Below are positions 44,299 to 53,913 of a stretch of 64,000 nucleotides of DNA, piece by piece (the stretch's first letter is position 1; the number at the start of each line of letters is the position of its first letter). The position numbers and the translations under genes were made by a program. The stretch is from a virus: positions 2,758 to 66,757 of IMG/VR virus record IMGVR_UViG_3300022187_000028. The stretch is one strand, 5' to 3'. The notes under the pieces were generated by a model. The model did not search any database. It was given only the letters and a program-made list of their open reading frames with translations, and was not told where the DNA came from.

Positions 44299-45190
44299 AA
44301 AGTACAGACCAAGTAAATTATCCGATGTACTAGGTCAAGAACATTTTGTTATGGATGCTGAACATTGGGTTTTGAATAAAGAATGCCCTAACCTTTTGCT
44401 TTATGGTAATTCGGGAACTGGTAAAACAGGAGCCGCAGTTGCCCTAGCAAATGCTATTCTAGGAAAGGATGCGCTCTCAAATTTCTTTGAGATAAACGCT
44501 TCCGATGATAGAAGGCTAGAAACAGTTAGGACTAAAATCAAAAACATTGCACAGGAGTCTTCTATTGGAGATGTACCCTTTAGAATAGTCTTACTAGATG
44601 AGATGGATGGTATGACTAATGATGCACAAAACGCACTTAAGAGATTGATGGAGCGTTATGAATCAAACATAAGATTCATCATTACCTGTAATAATCGAAA
44701 CAAAATTATCTATGCTCTACAATCTCGTTGTGCTAATTACTTCTTCAAAAATCTCACCTTTGAAGTAATTGAAGAAGCAATTGTCAAAATCCTAGGGGCA
44801 GAAAAGTATCCGGTCCCCGAAGAAATTAGGTCGTTTATATATGCCTTCAACGGTGATATGAGAAGGACACTTACCGAACTGCAAGCATCCGTCGCATCCG
44901 GCATACGACTGACGACTCAAATCGAAAAAGGACTCAAAAAGTACGAACAGATTACAATGAACATATTGAATAACAATCCAAACGAAGCACTGAAAAATCT
45001 ACACAATCTAATCTATGAAGGAATCTCCACTAAGGAGATTTGCATAGGGTTGCACGATTATATCGTTTCTTCGGAAATGGATAGCAACAAAAAACTGAAA
45101 TTCCTACGAGTAATTGGTGAAGGAGAATGGCGTTCCCACAACATGACCCCTAAATTACTCGTATCATGGATGGTGGGAAACCTACAATAG
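44285..45190 (+). CDS. rfcS: Replication factor C small subunit (clamp loader)
   Basis: WTEKYRP, GNSGTGKT, EINASD, LDEMD, ALQSRC, GDMR. Confidence 0.93.
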   Translation: MLWTEKYRPSKLSDVLGQEHFVMDAEHWVLNKECPNLLLYGNSGTGKTGAAVALANAILGKDALSNFFEINASDDRRLETVRTKIKNIAQESSIGDVPFRIVLLDEMDGMTNDAQNALKRLMERYESNIRFIITCNNRNKIIYALQSRCANYFFKNLTFEVIEEAIVKILGAEKYPVPEEIRSFIYAFNGDMRRTLTELQASVASGIRLTTQIEKGLKKYEQITMNILNNNPNEALKNLHNLIYEGISTKEICIGLHDYIVSSEMDSNKKLKFLRVIGEGEWRSHNMTPKLLVSWMVGNLQ

Positions 45191-45202
45191 GAGGTAAAAA
45201 AA

Positions 45203-46402
45203 ATGCAAAACGAAATAAATAAAGCGGCAGAGAAGTTAGGCATCTCGGAAGAAGATGCACAACTGAAATTTGAAGAGATATGCAAGACGAATGGTGTTGG
45301 AACCGACTCGACCCTAGCAAAGGGTCTATGGCGAGCCTACGCTAGTCAACAACTTAGCATGAAAAAGCGAACGAACAATACGGAGCGTAAATCCTTTGGT
45401 GACAGTGCCTTTGGTTTCTTTGTTTCTCTAGAGGAACCAAGAGATATGATGGCTTACAACCGACGACGAGCGATTGAAGAATGGAAGCGTGATGCTTACA
45501 AGGCTTACCAAGAAGGCTTTGTTGCTACAGTTGAAGAAACAGAAGACGGACACTACACAGTTAGTCGTGTATTTGATGGTGAAGAACAAACGAGAACCCT
45601 AAGTGTTCTAGCAGACGGAGCAGAAACATTGGAAGACGGCACTATTGTTATTCCTCTAGATGTGACAAAGCGATACACTAACGGAGGAGAGAATAAGAAC
45701 TACGGTAAGCCATTGGCTAAGGAACTAATGCGCCGAAGCGGAGTATTCGTTGGTAAGGTTGGCGATGATGCCGACTACCAAATGTACCACTTCTCTTACA
45801 AGAACCAAAACGGCGTTGACTTCTTACCAAGAACCTTTGAATTTATCCACATGCCGGTCATTAAGGATAGTAATAGAGAAGGCTACATTTACGGCTACAC
45901 TAAGAAGACTCTAGAGGGTTGGGAATACAACGCAGAACTAGACCCCGAAGGAGATACTCATCGGGACACACCAATGACCCCTTACAACTTGGCCAGCAGT
46001 ATTCTAGCAGACAAGGTAGTATCACTATCTCTTCTTGATGATAGACACATGGAACAGCGTGACCTACCAGCAGTTGAACGATTTGTGATTACTATGGGTA
46101 CAGTTTGTAATATGAACATGACTCCTACTTCCAATGGAAATAGAATCTTGAACATTACTGACCTTAATGCAGACTTTGACTACGATACTGACGGCATGAC
46201 TACTTGTTGGGTTCCACAACATATCGAAGTTGACTTTGGTATTGGTTCCGAAGTGGTTGTTGTTGGTCGTACTTCTATGCGAGAGGGTGATGATGGTATG
46301 GAGCCATCTACAATCAACCTGTCCGGCCTTTTAGTGACTGAAAGAAAGGGTCAAGTCGTTGAGATTGCTGACGACGAAGAAGAAAACCTTGATTGGTTTT
46401 GA
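45203..46402 (+). CDS. RPA/SSB-like OB-fold protein
   Basis: OB-like C-terminal part (GSEVVVVGRT), acidic tail DDEEENLDWF, replication context. Confidence 0.6.
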   Translation: MQNEINKAAEKLGISEEDAQLKFEEICKTNGVGTDSTLAKGLWRAYASQQLSMKKRTNNTERKSFGDSAFGFFVSLEEPRDMMAYNRRRAIEEWKRDAYKAYQEGFVATVEETEDGHYTVSRVFDGEEQTRTLSVLADGAETLEDGTIVIPLDVTKRYTNGGENKNYGKPLAKELMRRSGVFVGKVGDDADYQMYHFSYKNQNGVDFLPRTFEFIHMPVIKDSNREGYIYGYTKKTLEGWEYNAELDPEGDTHRDTPMTPYNLASSILADKVVSLSLLDDRHMEQRDLPAVERFVITMGTVCNMNMTPTSNGNRILNITDLNADFDYDTDGMTTCWVPQHIEVDFGIGSEVVVVGRTSMREGDDGMEPSTINLSGLLVTERKGQVVEIADDEEENLDWF

Positions 46403-46493
46403 GTCGGCTGATTAACTCTAATGTGCGTGTGCAAGCAAGTTACCATATAATGTTGCTCAAGTGGGTGCAAAGCCCACTAACTCGGTGAAAACT

Positions 46494-46721
46494 ATGAATA
46501 AACTAACGATAACTAAAACGATGATTAAAACACATAGGGCTATTATTTCATATAGAAATATTGCTCATATGTCTTGGAAAGCAGATAGAATAGACAATGG
46601 CGAAATATTCTACTCTGTTAAAATTTACTCCAATGCTAACCTTATTCAACAGCATATGAGCGAAGAAGAATTTATCAAACTAACGACAAACTATATCAAA
46701 TGGGTTGATGCTAATGAGTGA
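46494..46721 (+). CDS. Small beta-rich protein, paralog of next gene
   Basis: IAHMSWK...YSVKIY. Confidence 0.58.
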   Translation: MNKLTITKTMIKTHRAIISYRNIAHMSWKADRIDNGEIFYSVKIYSNANLIQQHMSEEEFIKLTTNYIKWVDANE

Positions 46722-46935
46722 TACTATTACTTTTGAAGACGGCTTCCTTACCAAGGCTAATACTTGGACTGTGTGCCTAACTGATATTCAGTTTATTACA
46801 TGGAAGGAAAACTATGAGAATGGCAGTTATTTCGTTAAACTCCATATCGGAGATAAGGAAACAAGACTACAATTAGATACAGAAGAAGAAGTGGAAGAAC
46901 TAGTCCAAGAATGGACAAGAACAAAAGGTGAATAG
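46714..46935 (+). CDS. Small beta-rich protein
   Basis: IQFITWK...YFVKLH. Confidence 0.6.
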   Translation: MSDTITFEDGFLTKANTWTVCLTDIQFITWKENYENGSYFVKLHIGDKETRLQLDTEEEVEELVQEWTRTKGE

Positions 46936-46937
46936 AT

Positions 46938-47684
46938 ATGAAAACAGTAAAGAATATGAAATGTGGGTTTTGTGGTGTTATAGGACACACTGCTAGAACC
47001 TGTGAAGACAAAAAGAAAAGTGTGATTAAGGAAGAAAGAAAGGCTAGGAGAAAACAAGCAAAGAGATTCTACTATAGTAATTCTAAAAAACTTTCGGGGT
47101 TTATGAATAAATTAACAGAAGAAGGCAAAGTATTGCTAATGAATAATGGTTTTATGAGAAGTCAGCATTTCCTAGTTCAAACTAAACCCGAAACTGCTAT
47201 TCAAGAAAACTTAGTTGAGCCTATGTTTGAAACTCTTTCTACTAGGGCTAAAAGCGAATCTTGTAAAACTAACTTTAGCAGAGAACCTCACTTTAAAACA
47301 GTAGATAATAGAAACAAATATCTAGATTATCTATTGACAGTTTCGTTCAAGGGGCATAAATCTCCTGTTAAGTGGTTGGTTGAAGCAGAAGCACCAAATC
47401 AAACGCATAAGGGAATTGAACAAGTTGAAGATTTTTTAGCGGAAGTCCCTAATGTAAATGAGTACAGGTTTATCGTGACTGATGGATATTGGTATCATTT
47501 TTGCCTACCTACTGTAGATAGTGTTTTAGAATGGAATAGTTTTACAATTGACGACCAAAGTTTCCTTATGGATAATTTAGTCACAGGAACGATGTTAGAT
47601 TTAGACCCAATGAAGAATCTAAAGAAGTTTGGCATAACAATAGGCGTTTTGGTAATTGGCCTTATAATCAATTATCTTATTTGA
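46938..47684 (+). CDS. Zn-knuckle plus HsdR-N-like PD-(D/E)xK fold plus C-terminal TM helix
   Basis: CGFCGVIGHTARTC; LDYLL...VEAEA...VTDG; hydrophobic C-terminus. Confidence 0.6.
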   Translation: MKTVKNMKCGFCGVIGHTARTCEDKKKSVIKEERKARRKQAKRFYYSNSKKLSGFMNKLTEEGKVLLMNNGFMRSQHFLVQTKPETAIQENLVEPMFETLSTRAKSESCKTNFSREPHFKTVDNRNKYLDYLLTVSFKGHKSPVKWLVEAEAPNQTHKGIEQVEDFLAEVPNVNEYRFIVTDGYWYHFCLPTVDSVLEWNSFTIDDQSFLMDNLVTGTMLDLDPMKNLKKFGITIGVLVIGLIINYLI

Positions 47685-47697
47685 AAGGTGAATAAAA

Positions 47698-48486
47698 ATG
47701 CAAAAAAGAAAAGAAGAACAAACGGAGATTGACATTGATAGCATGAGGGCTAAGATTCTAGCGCAGACTAAGATGGCCAAGGATGCTCCTAGGAGAATGC
47801 GACTAGGAATAGAAGGCGATGCTAAGACCGGCAAGAGCGGAATAGCAATGGATACTGATAAGCGAACTTTCTACTTAGATGTAGATGATGGTGGAGTACC
47901 TACATGGAAAGCAAACCATGATTCTACTGATAGAATTACTATCTACAATCCAGCAGAATACGGAGAAGATGGAGAACTACTACCTTACCAAACACAAGGA
48001 AACATTAGGTCTTTCATTGCTCTAGCAAGAGAAGCGGCTAAGACAGAAGAGATTCTCTTTGTTTGGGATGGAATTGATACATGGCTTGAGTACTGTACTC
48101 TTTACATGACTGGAATGGAGAACGCAAGAATGCGACCAATGAAGACAGCAAAGCAACAAGATTGGTGGCAAAGAAACAATCCATTTAGGCAAGTTCTAAA
48201 GGAAGCGAAAGCGATTGACTGTGACCAAATTTACATCACTCACACTAAGCCTCCCTTTAGAGATGAAGACCCCCAACCAATTTGGAATAAGTGGGACTCT
48301 CATCTTTGGAGTGTAATACGAACTACCCAAAGAAGTACTGTCAAAGGTATGGAATACGAAGCCTATGTTAAGAGCAGTAAGTACTTCCCTAGTCTTTTGA
48401 ATAAGAGATTCAATGTCTTAACTGTTAGCCGAGAGGGTGAAGTGACATGGAAGGGATTGGACTGCGTTAAGAGTGGTGATATTTGA
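47698..48486 (+). CDS. P-loop ATPase, Sak4/RecA-like
   Basis: GDAKTGKS, YLDVD, VWDGI, YITH. Confidence 0.72.
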   Translation: MQKRKEEQTEIDIDSMRAKILAQTKMAKDAPRRMRLGIEGDAKTGKSGIAMDTDKRTFYLDVDDGGVPTWKANHDSTDRITIYNPAEYGEDGELLPYQTQGNIRSFIALAREAAKTEEILFVWDGIDTWLEYCTLYMTGMENARMRPMKTAKQQDWWQRNNPFRQVLKEAKAIDCDQIYITHTKPPFRDEDPQPIWNKWDSHLWSVIRTTQRSTVKGMEYEAYVKSSKYFPSLLNKRFNVLTVSREGEVTWKGLDCVKSGDI

Positions 48487-49316
48487 TGCAACTTAGAGTT
48501 GAATCAAAAGAACTTCTAGATGCAATTACAAGTGTAAAGGGTGCTGGTAAGTACTCTGTTGCTAGTGGCCTTAAGGGCGATAGCATTGGTGACTTTACTT
48601 TCTTAGTACAACTAAATGATTCGTTAGAAGTTTGGAATGCTGATGCTGGTTTCATCCTTAGAGTTTCTATTCCTCTAGTTGAGGTTTCTCAAGAAGATGC
48701 AAACACAGTTTGGACACAAACTAAAGATTTGGGCGTTAATGCAACGCTAAGAATATCAGAGATAATTCCAATCTTGAAGAAATTCAAAGGGCAGATTACT
48801 ATTGAAGGTGGTACTAGACTAACAATTACAGACACTAGTTCTAACCAATTTACTCTAAATACAGTACAGGCTCATCCTAGTTTAGATGTAATTCATAGGG
48901 TTTCTGCAATGAATCGCCTAATCGTAGAAGAAGGAATGCCATACTTTAACACTACACAATATGAGGGTCACATTTCTATGGACTCTAAAGTGTTCACTAG
49001 GACAATGGACTTTTGTGAATTGGTAGGTACGGGAATTTATGAAATAGACTTCATGGCTGTTTCCGATACACCTACATTAGAATCTCCTTCTGTTCGTTTT
49101 TCATCTACTGATAGAGGCCGAAAGTCTTACTCACATGAATTAACCACAGAAGAACTACTACACTCAACAGGACAGTCTGCTACTGTTCTTTTCAGTGGAC
49201 CTATCCATAAATTCTTCAAAAGCGGAACTATTGAGTTCTATTTGAAAGATGCCTTCCCACTTCTTTTGGTGGGAGAAGACCGACTATTGATTAAAACACC
49301 AAGACTAGAAGAGTGA
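48483..49316 (+). CDS. PCNA-like sliding clamp
   Basis: 277 aa beta-rich, ends FPLLL...IKTPRLEE, directly upstream of polB, with RFC nearby. Confidence 0.62.
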   Translation: MMQLRVESKELLDAITSVKGAGKYSVASGLKGDSIGDFTFLVQLNDSLEVWNADAGFILRVSIPLVEVSQEDANTVWTQTKDLGVNATLRISEIIPILKKFKGQITIEGGTRLTITDTSSNQFTLNTVQAHPSLDVIHRVSAMNRLIVEEGMPYFNTTQYEGHISMDSKVFTRTMDFCELVGTGIYEIDFMAVSDTPTLESPSVRFSSTDRGRKSYSHELTTEELLHSTGQSATVLFSGPIHKFFKSGTIEFYLKDAFPLLLVGEDRLLIKTPRLEE

Positions 49317-49320
49317 TTAA

Positions 49321-51045
49321 ATGATAATCTCACATAACAATTCAAATATTTATTTATCGTGGAGAGAAAATGGTACTAAGCACAGTTCTACTATTCCGTT
49401 TCGTCCATACTTTTTTGTGGAAGAGACTAGTAAGGAACCACCTACTTACCAGCCTAGTAAGTACATTACTAGGGAAATAGAATACGAGAGAGGCGATTGG
49501 GTTAATCTTGAAGGTACTCGATTGAAGAAAGTCTATGCAGAAATGCCGGAAGACTTGAGGAATTTGAAGAATACTTTTTCTAGAACTTACGAGGCTGATG
49601 TACCTTACACCTACAGATATTGTGTAGACCGATTAGAAGAAATCAAAGAGTACGATATGCGTAAGTGGTATTGGGATATGGAATGGCAACAAGGCGGAGA
49701 ACACCATGATGAGATTACTACTATTGTAATGTATGATAATTACGATAGAGATTATATCCAATGGGCGTGGTTTCCCGAAGATAATATGATATGTGATTCA
49801 GCACATCAGTACTTTTTTAGGAATGAAAAAGATATGATAGAACATTTCTTAGCGACTATGGTAGACAAAGACCCCGACATGTTAATTGCGTGGTTTGGTA
49901 ATTGGGCTGACCTTCCTAAGTTATTTTCTAGATGCGCCTTCTACGATATTGACCCTAGTATTATTTCTCCTTTGGGAGTTGTTGATGGAATAAAGGTCAA
50001 AGATGGTAAGGTAAGATTTACGAAAGAAGAGAATGGCTATCATGCTACTGCTCAACCTATCCGAGGTAGAATTACGCTAAACTTGGACATGGCCTTTGAA
50101 AGACAATGGAATGATGCACAGAAAGGCACACTACCTAGTCTATCTCTAGAGTATGTTTCTACTGCTCTATTTGGTGAAGGTAAATCTAAGGAAACCAAAT
50201 TTGAAGACGCTAACGAGTTCTATCGTAGAGGTTGGTTAGAAGATACTGAGGCGTACTTGAAGTATGCTTTGATAGATGTAGAACTACTAGTAAAGATTGA
50301 TGAAACTAACTTCTGTAGTGAAGCCATTCTTTCTTTACAGCGATTACTAATTGCTCCTTTCGATGCTTGCTTCTTTGCTTCTAACATGGGTTCAATCTAC
50401 TTTATGCGAAATGCTTGGTGGAAAGCCCCAACTGGAGAGAAGCCCAAGTTCAAGGTCTGCGATAAGTGTAGCCATAAGAACCCAAACGAGAAGACACTAA
50501 GAGAGTGTAAGAAGTGTGGAGCGAGCCTATCTTATTCGGGTGCTATGATTTACAATCCTACTGACGAAGGTACTAACGGATTGCACTACAATGTAGCCGC
50601 CTTTGATTTTGCTGGTCTTTATCCTAGTATGATTATTGCTAGGAATATCTCGTTTGAAACTCTTACAGAAGAACCAACACTATTCAGTGCTGACTTGAAT
50701 ACTCCACAGAATCTACAACCTGTAGCAGAAGACTACGAGAAAGATATGCGCTATTTCAAGACTGACAAATTGGGATTATTGCCTCGCTCTCTTATCGACT
50801 TGAAAGAGTTGAGAGGCGAGTACAAGAAGTACATGAAGGAGTCTAGGAAGGCTGGAGATAAGGAGGCTGTCGTTAAGTGGAACAACAACCAAATGGCTGT
50901 AAAGCGTTTGATGGCTTCCTTCTATGGTATCCTTGCCTTCAAGGGATTCGGTTGGGCGAATGTAGACCTAGCCGCTAGTATTACTGCTAGTGCAAGAGAG
51001 GCTATTCGTAAGGCCGCATTTACAGCAAGGGAGATGGAAGGATGA
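49321..51045 (+). CDS. polB: Family B DNA polymerase, N-terminal part (exonuclease, motifs A and B)
   Basis: WDME, YALID, FDFAGLYPS, KRLMASFYG; ends before motif C. Confidence 0.92.
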   Translation: MIISHNNSNIYLSWRENGTKHSSTIPFRPYFFVEETSKEPPTYQPSKYITREIEYERGDWVNLEGTRLKKVYAEMPEDLRNLKNTFSRTYEADVPYTYRYCVDRLEEIKEYDMRKWYWDMEWQQGGEHHDEITTIVMYDNYDRDYIQWAWFPEDNMICDSAHQYFFRNEKDMIEHFLATMVDKDPDMLIAWFGNWADLPKLFSRCAFYDIDPSIISPLGVVDGIKVKDGKVRFTKEENGYHATAQPIRGRITLNLDMAFERQWNDAQKGTLPSLSLEYVSTALFGEGKSKETKFEDANEFYRRGWLEDTEAYLKYALIDVELLVKIDETNFCSEAILSLQRLLIAPFDACFFASNMGSIYFMRNAWWKAPTGEKPKFKVCDKCSHKNPNEKTLRECKKCGASLSYSGAMIYNPTDEGTNGLHYNVAAFDFAGLYPSMIIARNISFETLTEEPTLFSADLNTPQNLQPVAEDYEKDMRYFKTDKLGLLPRSLIDLKELRGEYKKYMKESRKAGDKEAVVKWNNNQMAVKRLMASFYGILAFKGFGWANVDLAASITASAREAIRKAAFTAREMEG

Positions 51046-51152
51046 ATTGCATAAAACCAATGATACACAGGCCCGAATTTGAAAGCAAGCATCACTGCAA
51101 GTTATGTGAAGCAGAACGAATCATCAAGGAAATAACAGGTGAAGAAGAATGA
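51042..51152 (+). CDS. 36 aa Cys/His peptide between the polB halves
   Basis: MNCIKPMIH...CKLC...GEEE*, ATGA-coupled. Confidence 0.55.
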   Translation: MNCIKPMIHRPEFESKHHCKLCEAERIIKEITGEEE

Positions 51153-51198
51153 TTAAAATAGTAAAAACTTTCGCCCTAGAAATATCAAAGGTGATAAT

Positions 51199-51333
51199 AT
51201 GAGTAGATGTGTTAGGTGTCATAGGCTTGTTAGGGTGATTCACCCTTCCAAGAACTATTGCTTTTCATGTTATGTTAAATACTATAGGGCAACTGTAGTA
51301 GATAAAAATAAAAGAGGAATGAAAAATGTTTAA
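51199..51333 (+). CDS. 44 aa Zn-finger peptide
   Basis: CVRC...CFSC; GGTGA SD. Confidence 0.5.
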   Translation: MSRCVRCHRLVRVIHPSKNYCFSCYVKYYRATVVDKNKRGMKNV

Positions 51334-51481
51334 TTTAGATGAATTGATAGAAGTACAAAAAACAACAAACGGAACACTCAGCGAACTATTGGCCAATGTC
51401 AAGAGAAGCAATAAGATTTTGATGATGGTTAATATTGTCAACATTGCTACTATCGTCACCTTATTGGTGGTGGTACTTTGA
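51326..51481 (+). CDS. 51 aa protein with C-terminal TM helix
   Basis: MFNLDELIEVQK...IVTLLVVVL*. Confidence 0.6.
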   Translation: MFNLDELIEVQKTTNGTLSELLANVKRSNKILMMVNIVNIATIVTLLVVVL

Positions 51482-51636
51482 TGCTAACTCTTCTAGTATT
51501 TGCATTAATGTTCATTTGGCTAGTGACTCTCATTTGGTTTTTTGATAAGTGCTATTGTGATGTTAAATGGGCCATGAAAACTTCCAAAGAAAACAATGCA
51601 GATTTTAGTTGGGAAGATGCTTTTGGAGGTGAATGA
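51481..51636 (+). CDS. 51 aa protein with N-terminal TM helix
   Basis: MLTLLVFALMFIWLV... Confidence 0.5.
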   Translation: MLTLLVFALMFIWLVTLIWFFDKCYCDVKWAMKTSKENNADFSWEDAFGGE

Positions 51637-51637
51637 T

Positions 51638-52522
51638 ATGGAAGTAGTTTATGGACACACAGACTCAATCTATGTCAAGGTAGATTCTATAGAGTCGGCC
51701 TTTTCATCTCTTGAAAAAATAAATGAAGAAGTTAGAACTATCTTTCCTAATTTACTAGGACTAGAAGAACACCCTGTTATTCTAGAGTTTGAAAAATACT
51801 TTGAATCGTTGGGTGTAGGAATTACAAAGAATAGAAACGCTGGATTGATTTCTTGGGAAGATGGAGTTTGGTTAGATGAGCCTAAATTTACCCTAACAGG
51901 ATTTACTTCTAAGAGAATTTCCGAAACAACAATGGCAAAGGAAGTTCAAACAGTGGCACTCAATATGTGGGTTTCCGGTAAATCGGAAAAAGAAATAGTC
52001 GATTATGCTAAGTCTGTCTACATGAAAGTACTGAATGGTGAACTTGATTACCAAGAAGTGGCAAAAAGAACTAGACTAAAGAAAGAGAGATTTCTAGTCA
52101 AGTGTACCTGTAATAAGAAGTACGACATTAGGGAAATTTCTTGGACTGATGGTGAGTTCTATTGTAGCAAGTGTGCCAAGCACCCATCTACTTTCTTAAC
52201 AACTAAGGGAAAGAAACCAACAATTAGCGAAGGAATTGTAGGAGTGTTGTACTCTATGCAAGAAAGAAATATTACCTTTGAAGATTCTTATGTCTTCCTA
52301 AGAATAAGACCAAGCGGTTTCTTTACTGACCCACTAAGCGGGGTTCGTAAGGAAGCAACTTATGTTTCCGGAAATACTTTTTCCGAGATAGAGGGTTTTG
52401 AACCCGATTGGCCCCACTACGCCGAACAAGTAGTGAGTAAAGTCCAGCCCATTTTCGATGCTATGGGTTGGAATACTAAACAAATAAAAGTACAGCATAG
52501 AAACTTTGACGAGTGGTGGTAA
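51638..52522 (+). CDS. polB: Family B DNA polymerase, C-terminal part (motif C, thumb)
   Basis: YGHTDSIYV, LEFEK, KNRNAG; own GGAGGTGA SD; PIP-like FDEWW tail. Confidence 0.9.
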   Translation: MEVVYGHTDSIYVKVDSIESAFSSLEKINEEVRTIFPNLLGLEEHPVILEFEKYFESLGVGITKNRNAGLISWEDGVWLDEPKFTLTGFTSKRISETTMAKEVQTVALNMWVSGKSEKEIVDYAKSVYMKVLNGELDYQEVAKRTRLKKERFLVKCTCNKKYDIREISWTDGEFYCSKCAKHPSTFLTTKGKKPTISEGIVGVLYSMQERNITFEDSYVFLRIRPSGFFTDPLSGVRKEATYVSGNTFSEIEGFEPDWPHYAEQVVSKVQPIFDAMGWNTKQIKVQHRNFDEWW

Positions 52523-53442
52523 TTATGACCGAAAAAACAGAATACGAAATAGAAATAGAAGCGATGGCAGAATACACTTATCAGTTTTTGCCGGAAAACT
52601 CCGACGACCCAACCGAACCTATCTTGAAGATAAGTAAGTCTTCTCTTGGAACATTCGATTGGTGTCCAAAGAAGTACGAATTCAGTTATGTCAAGAGGCT
52701 ACCTCAAGACCAAACAGAAGCAATGAGAAAGGGTACTGTCATGCACAATGCTAGAGAGGACTTCTTTAACGACTTCGACATTAAGAAGGCAGAAGATATG
52801 TCCCATAGTGAAGTGCTAGACTACTGCGCTACTCTCTTCCCTGTAGATGATTACTTTGACGACTACCAAACTATTATTGCATTTGAAGCACAGCGATTTG
52901 TAGATGCTAGAAGTGACGAAAAACTAAACGAATTTTTACCTGCTTGTAATGAAGGTAAATTCGATTGTGAGATTGTAATTCGTGCAGACCAAAACCCCGA
53001 CTACCTACTTAGTAGAGATTATGTTGTCCATCTACAAGGTATTATTGATAGGATATTTTTGGAAGACGGCGGCTACATTCCTATGGAATTCAAGACCGGA
53101 CCTTGGAAGGATTACAAAGCGACCTCTATGAGAAAGGAAATGGCATTCTACAAGATTCTAATTGAAAACTCTAGTGACTTGGTTTTGAAAAATGCTGGAT
53201 TAGAACCTAACATTCCCGTTAGTCATTGGGCTTGGTATTATCCAATCTCCAATCATTTCCATTGCGAAGACGCTACTAGTAGATACCGTGTGAATAATGT
53301 AAATGGAGTTATGAAAAACATTGCTAAGTTGATTCACGCTTACGAGCAAAAAATATTTGAGACTAAGTTTTACTACAAGACTTGCACACACTGTTCCTTC
53401 TTTGGTCTTTGTGATGCGGCACAAGATAGTGGGTGGCTATGA
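52513..53442 (+). CDS. Cas4/AddB-like PD-(D/E)xK exonuclease
   Basis: WCPK, GIIDRI...EFKTG, CTHCSFFGLC. Confidence 0.85.
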   Translation: MVVIMTEKTEYEIEIEAMAEYTYQFLPENSDDPTEPILKISKSSLGTFDWCPKKYEFSYVKRLPQDQTEAMRKGTVMHNAREDFFNDFDIKKAEDMSHSEVLDYCATLFPVDDYFDDYQTIIAFEAQRFVDARSDEKLNEFLPACNEGKFDCEIVIRADQNPDYLLSRDYVVHLQGIIDRIFLEDGGYIPMEFKTGPWKDYKATSMRKEMAFYKILIENSSDLVLKNAGLEPNIPVSHWAWYYPISNHFHCEDATSRYRVNNVNGVMKNIAKLIHAYEQKIFETKFYYKTCTHCSFFGLCDAAQDSGWL

Positions 53443-53547
53443 TGAACGATAATGTGAAGAAGGTTGCTTTAGATGCAATTACTATTTTGCATTCGTTAGG
53501 ATATACGCAATACGCAATGCCATTACTAAACCGTTTGGAGAGATTAG

Positions 53548-53913
53548 ATGAATGAAGAAGATATAGAAATTATTGTTAGAAATAGAGATTGGTCGTTCTC
53601 GGAACTCTCTAATTTAAGAAGTACTATTTCTGCACTAGGTGACGAAATTTACCATGAAATGAATTTAATGGAAAGGTTTTCTTTAGTTAGAGATGCGGAA
53701 GTTTATCCTTCTAAAACCTATGAAGAGAGTATGAAGAAAGCAGTTAAAATAGAATTGACTGGAATGATTGCAGAAGTTTTTACTAAAATGCTAGAAACAG
53801 CAAAGATTGATTTTGGAGGAAATAAAAATGAAATATCCGAGAGAAGTGTGGGCGGGAAGTCACATCAAGAACGCCCCACAGATGAAGAGAAGAGTAGTAC
53901 AGAAGAAGAGTGA
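53548..53913 (+). CDS. Hypothetical protein
   Basis: 121 aa. Confidence 0.55.
   Translation: MNEEDIEIIVRNRDWSFSELSNLRSTISALGDEIYHEMNLMERFSLVRDAEVYPSKTYEESMKKAVKIELTGMIAEVFTKMLETAKIDFGGNKNEISERSVGGKSHQERPTDEEKSSTEEE

Noticed and set aside
51046-51637. PolB interruption as an intein, intron or frameshift error
   Set aside because: The gap holds coupled small ORFs, part 2 has its own SD and start, and no splice motifs were seen.
52513-53442. Cas4-like gene as part of a CRISPR-Cas system
   Set aside because: No cas1, cas2 or array; solo Cas4-like nucleases are common in viral replication modules.
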